A stretch of DNA of 64,000 bases. Source: a virus. Both the position numbers and the translations under genes were made by a program. Shown piece by piece: positions 62,448-64,000 of the stretch (positions within the stretch are counted from its first letter, which is position 1; every line of letters starts with the position of its first letter). The notes under the pieces were generated by a model. It saw only the letters and a list, made by a program, of their open reading frames with translations. It ran no database searches and was not told the DNA's origin. The stretch lies in the IMG/VR virus record IMGVR_UViG_3300035211_000053, positions 2,481 to 66,480 of that record; one strand, written 5' to 3'.

Positions 62448-63457
62448 TGAGGCAATTCACGAGCAAGAAAGCAACACGGCAGAGCGTCCCACTGCTGTTC
62501 GGTATCACTGGCCCGTCAGGAAGTGGAAAGACGTACTCCGCGCTCCGCCTGTCCCGTGGTATCCAAAGAGTCGTTGGCGGCAGTATCCACGTCATCGACA
62601 CCGAGCACAACAGGTCTCTCCACTACGCCGACGACTTCGACTTCACCCACGTACCGTTCGATCCGCCGTTCAGTCCACTCGACTATCTGGCCGCAATCGA
62701 GCATTGTGTGTCCGAAGGCGCCAGGACAATCGTGGTGGATTCTACGTCACATGAGCATGAAGGGCCAGGTGGAGTGTTGGAGTGGCACGACAAGGAAGCT
62801 CACCGGCTCGCCGAGAAATACAAGAGTTCTGTCGATGCCCAGAACTTCCCAGCCTGGACTGCCCCCAAGGCTGCGCGTACGCGGATGATCCAGAGGATAC
62901 TGCAGCTCGGGTGCAACGCAATATTCTGCTTCAGAGCCAAAGAGAAGATGCGCCCGCCAAATCGAAAAAAGGGCGAGCGTGATATGGTGGAACTAGGATG
63001 GATGCCGATCGGAGCCACCGAGCTTGTCTACGAGTTCGTTGCTAACGCTCTGCTCGACGCGGGGTGCAAGGGCGTGCCTACCTGGCTCCCAGCGCGTCCA
63101 GGTGAGATCCGGATCACCAAACTGCCACGGCAATTCGAAAGCATCCTGAACCCCAACGGACAGCCCGCACAGCTATCCGAAGACTTGGGAGAGCTTATGG
63201 CCAAATGGGCAGCGGGGACCGACCCGTTTGCAGAAGCCATGCAGGCGATCCGGTCAGCTTCGAACCAGGAGCAGCTTGCGTCTTGCGCCGAGCGACTCAA
63301 GACAGTCAAGGCAGCCAAGTCGGTCACGCCCCAGCAATATCGTCAGCTCACCGACGCCTGGAAGGCCCAGCAGGCAGGCATCGAGGCAGCCGACAACGAC
63401 GCAGCCGCCGGCGCGCAAACGGACGAACATCCCGACTCCGACAACGACGGGAGGTAG
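62444..63457 (+). CDS. Sak4-like AAA (AAA_24) recombination ATPase
   Basis: GPSGSGKTYSAL, VIDTE, VVDSTSHEHEGPGGVL, CFRAKEK, YEF. Confidence 0.88.
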   Translation: MMRQFTSKKATRQSVPLLFGITGPSGSGKTYSALRLSRGIQRVVGGSIHVIDTEHNRSLHYADDFDFTHVPFDPPFSPLDYLAAIEHCVSEGARTIVVDSTSHEHEGPGGVLEWHDKEAHRLAEKYKSSVDAQNFPAWTAPKAARTRMIQRILQLGCNAIFCFRAKEKMRPPNRKKGERDMVELGWMPIGATELVYEFVANALLDAGCKGVPTWLPARPGEIRITKLPRQFESILNPNGQPAQLSEDLGELMAKWAAGTDPFAEAMQAIRSASNQEQLASCAERLKTVKAAKSVTPQQYRQLTDAWKAQQAGIEAADNDAAAGAQTDEHPDSDNDGR

Positions 63458-63476
63458 GTGGCGTGCAGCTTGCTAT

Positions 63477-63947
63477 CTACTTGAGCGGCCTGAATACCGG
63501 AGGGCGCGTCCCCTTGGGATAGATGTTGATGTTCCGGACAACCGGCTTCTTGTCCACCCAGCCGGTCTTGGTCTTGACAGAAACATCAATCCTTGCTCGG
63601 ATCTTTGTAGCACCGCCCAGCTTGGCTCCCTTCAACCGGTGTCGACCATCCTGGATCGACACGTGCGGCTTACCTCCAGGTCGCGTGTACTGAACCTCTA
63701 CGTGGATCGGGTCGAATGTTTTTCCCCAGTTTTTTGACCCAGTTTGACCTGTGGCGATTGCGTTGGCTTGAGCTCGGCTCTGTACACCGAGGTAGGCAGA
63801 CGCACGGCCCCTGGGGTCACGCATGCCCTGGCGCAGATACGACACCGACCGCGATCCAATGCCAATGCTGTTAACATCGTCTACAGCGCCGGCAACAATG
63901 CCTCCGCCTCCCCCTCCGTGTCTACTCCCGCCCTTGCCTTTGCTCAT
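63477..63947 (-). CDS. Basic ParB/Srx-like domain protein
   Basis: PIHV...IQDGRHRL..AKLGG..KIRA; Gly-rich N-terminus; AGGAG RBS. Confidence 0.7.
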   Translation of the reverse strand: MSKGKGGSRHGGGGGGIVAGAVDDVNSIGIGSRSVSYLRQGMRDPRGRASAYLGVQSRAQANAIATGQTGSKNWGKTFDPIHVEVQYTRPGGKPHVSIQDGRHRLKGAKLGGATKIRARIDVSVKTKTGWVDKKPVVRNINIYPKGTRPPVFRPLK

Positions 63948-64000
63948 TTGCTGCTCCTATACTTCGCCATGTGATCCGGAAACCAGATCGCACCAGACGT
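63944..64000 (-). CDS. 3' end of a gene truncated by the window edge
   Basis: Open frame TSGAIWFPDHMAKYRSSK* with ATGA overlap onto the ParB-like gene. Confidence 0.45.
   Translation of the reverse strand, partial: TSGAIWFPDHMAKYRSSK

Larger units (their letters stand above)
1..64000. mobile_element. Tailed bacteriophage (myovirus-type) genome segment, or prophage interior
   Basis: Complete terminase-portal-capsid-sheath-tube-tape measure-baseplate-lysis gene order plus phage replication and recombination genes; no host genes or att/integrase in the window. Confidence 0.95.

Noticed and set aside
1-64000. tRNA, tmRNA, rRNA, integrase/att sites, IS elements, alternative genetic code
   Set aside because: None recognised by eye; genes are intact under the standard code with all three stop codons used. 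tRNAscan/ARAGORN were not run

Overview
GC-rich window that reads as most of a tailed dsDNA bacteriophage genome with a contractile, Mu/P2-like tail. No host housekeeping genes, integrase, tRNA, rRNA or CRISPR array were seen, and both window ends cut through phage genes. One long minus-strand unit runs from a Cro-like HTH gene (~59.2 kb) down to ~1.9 kb. It contains, in order: early accessory and anti-defence genes (orphan DUF3037-like, Lar-like, DUF5131, SLOG, two DNA methyltransferases, VRR-NUC, HNH); replication genes (initiator, prim-pol, DnaB-like helicase, RNA ligase); a Zn-finger late regulator; packaging and head genes (TerS, TerL, portal, MuF, GroES-like, scaffold, capsid, three paralogous decoration-like genes); neck, tail, baseplate and fibre genes; and an elaborate lysis region. 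A plus-strand early unit (small ORFs, RecE-like nuclease, Sak4-like ATPase) starts at back-to-back sigma70-like promoters at ~59.2 kb, and similar plus-strand ORFs occupy 1-1.3 kb. The most unusual signals are: a ~600-nt ORF-poor, densely base-paired region with GNRA/UUCG tetraloops (candidate large ncRNA, ~1290-1900); a tail-chaperone -1 frameshift whose two frames overlap for ~80 codons; an orphan DUF3037-like gene; a holin-lipoprotein fusion; and a two-state RNA leader before the ParB-MT-A70 methylase. All family calls come from motif recognition by eye; no database search or folding program was run. A myxobacterial host is only an inference.
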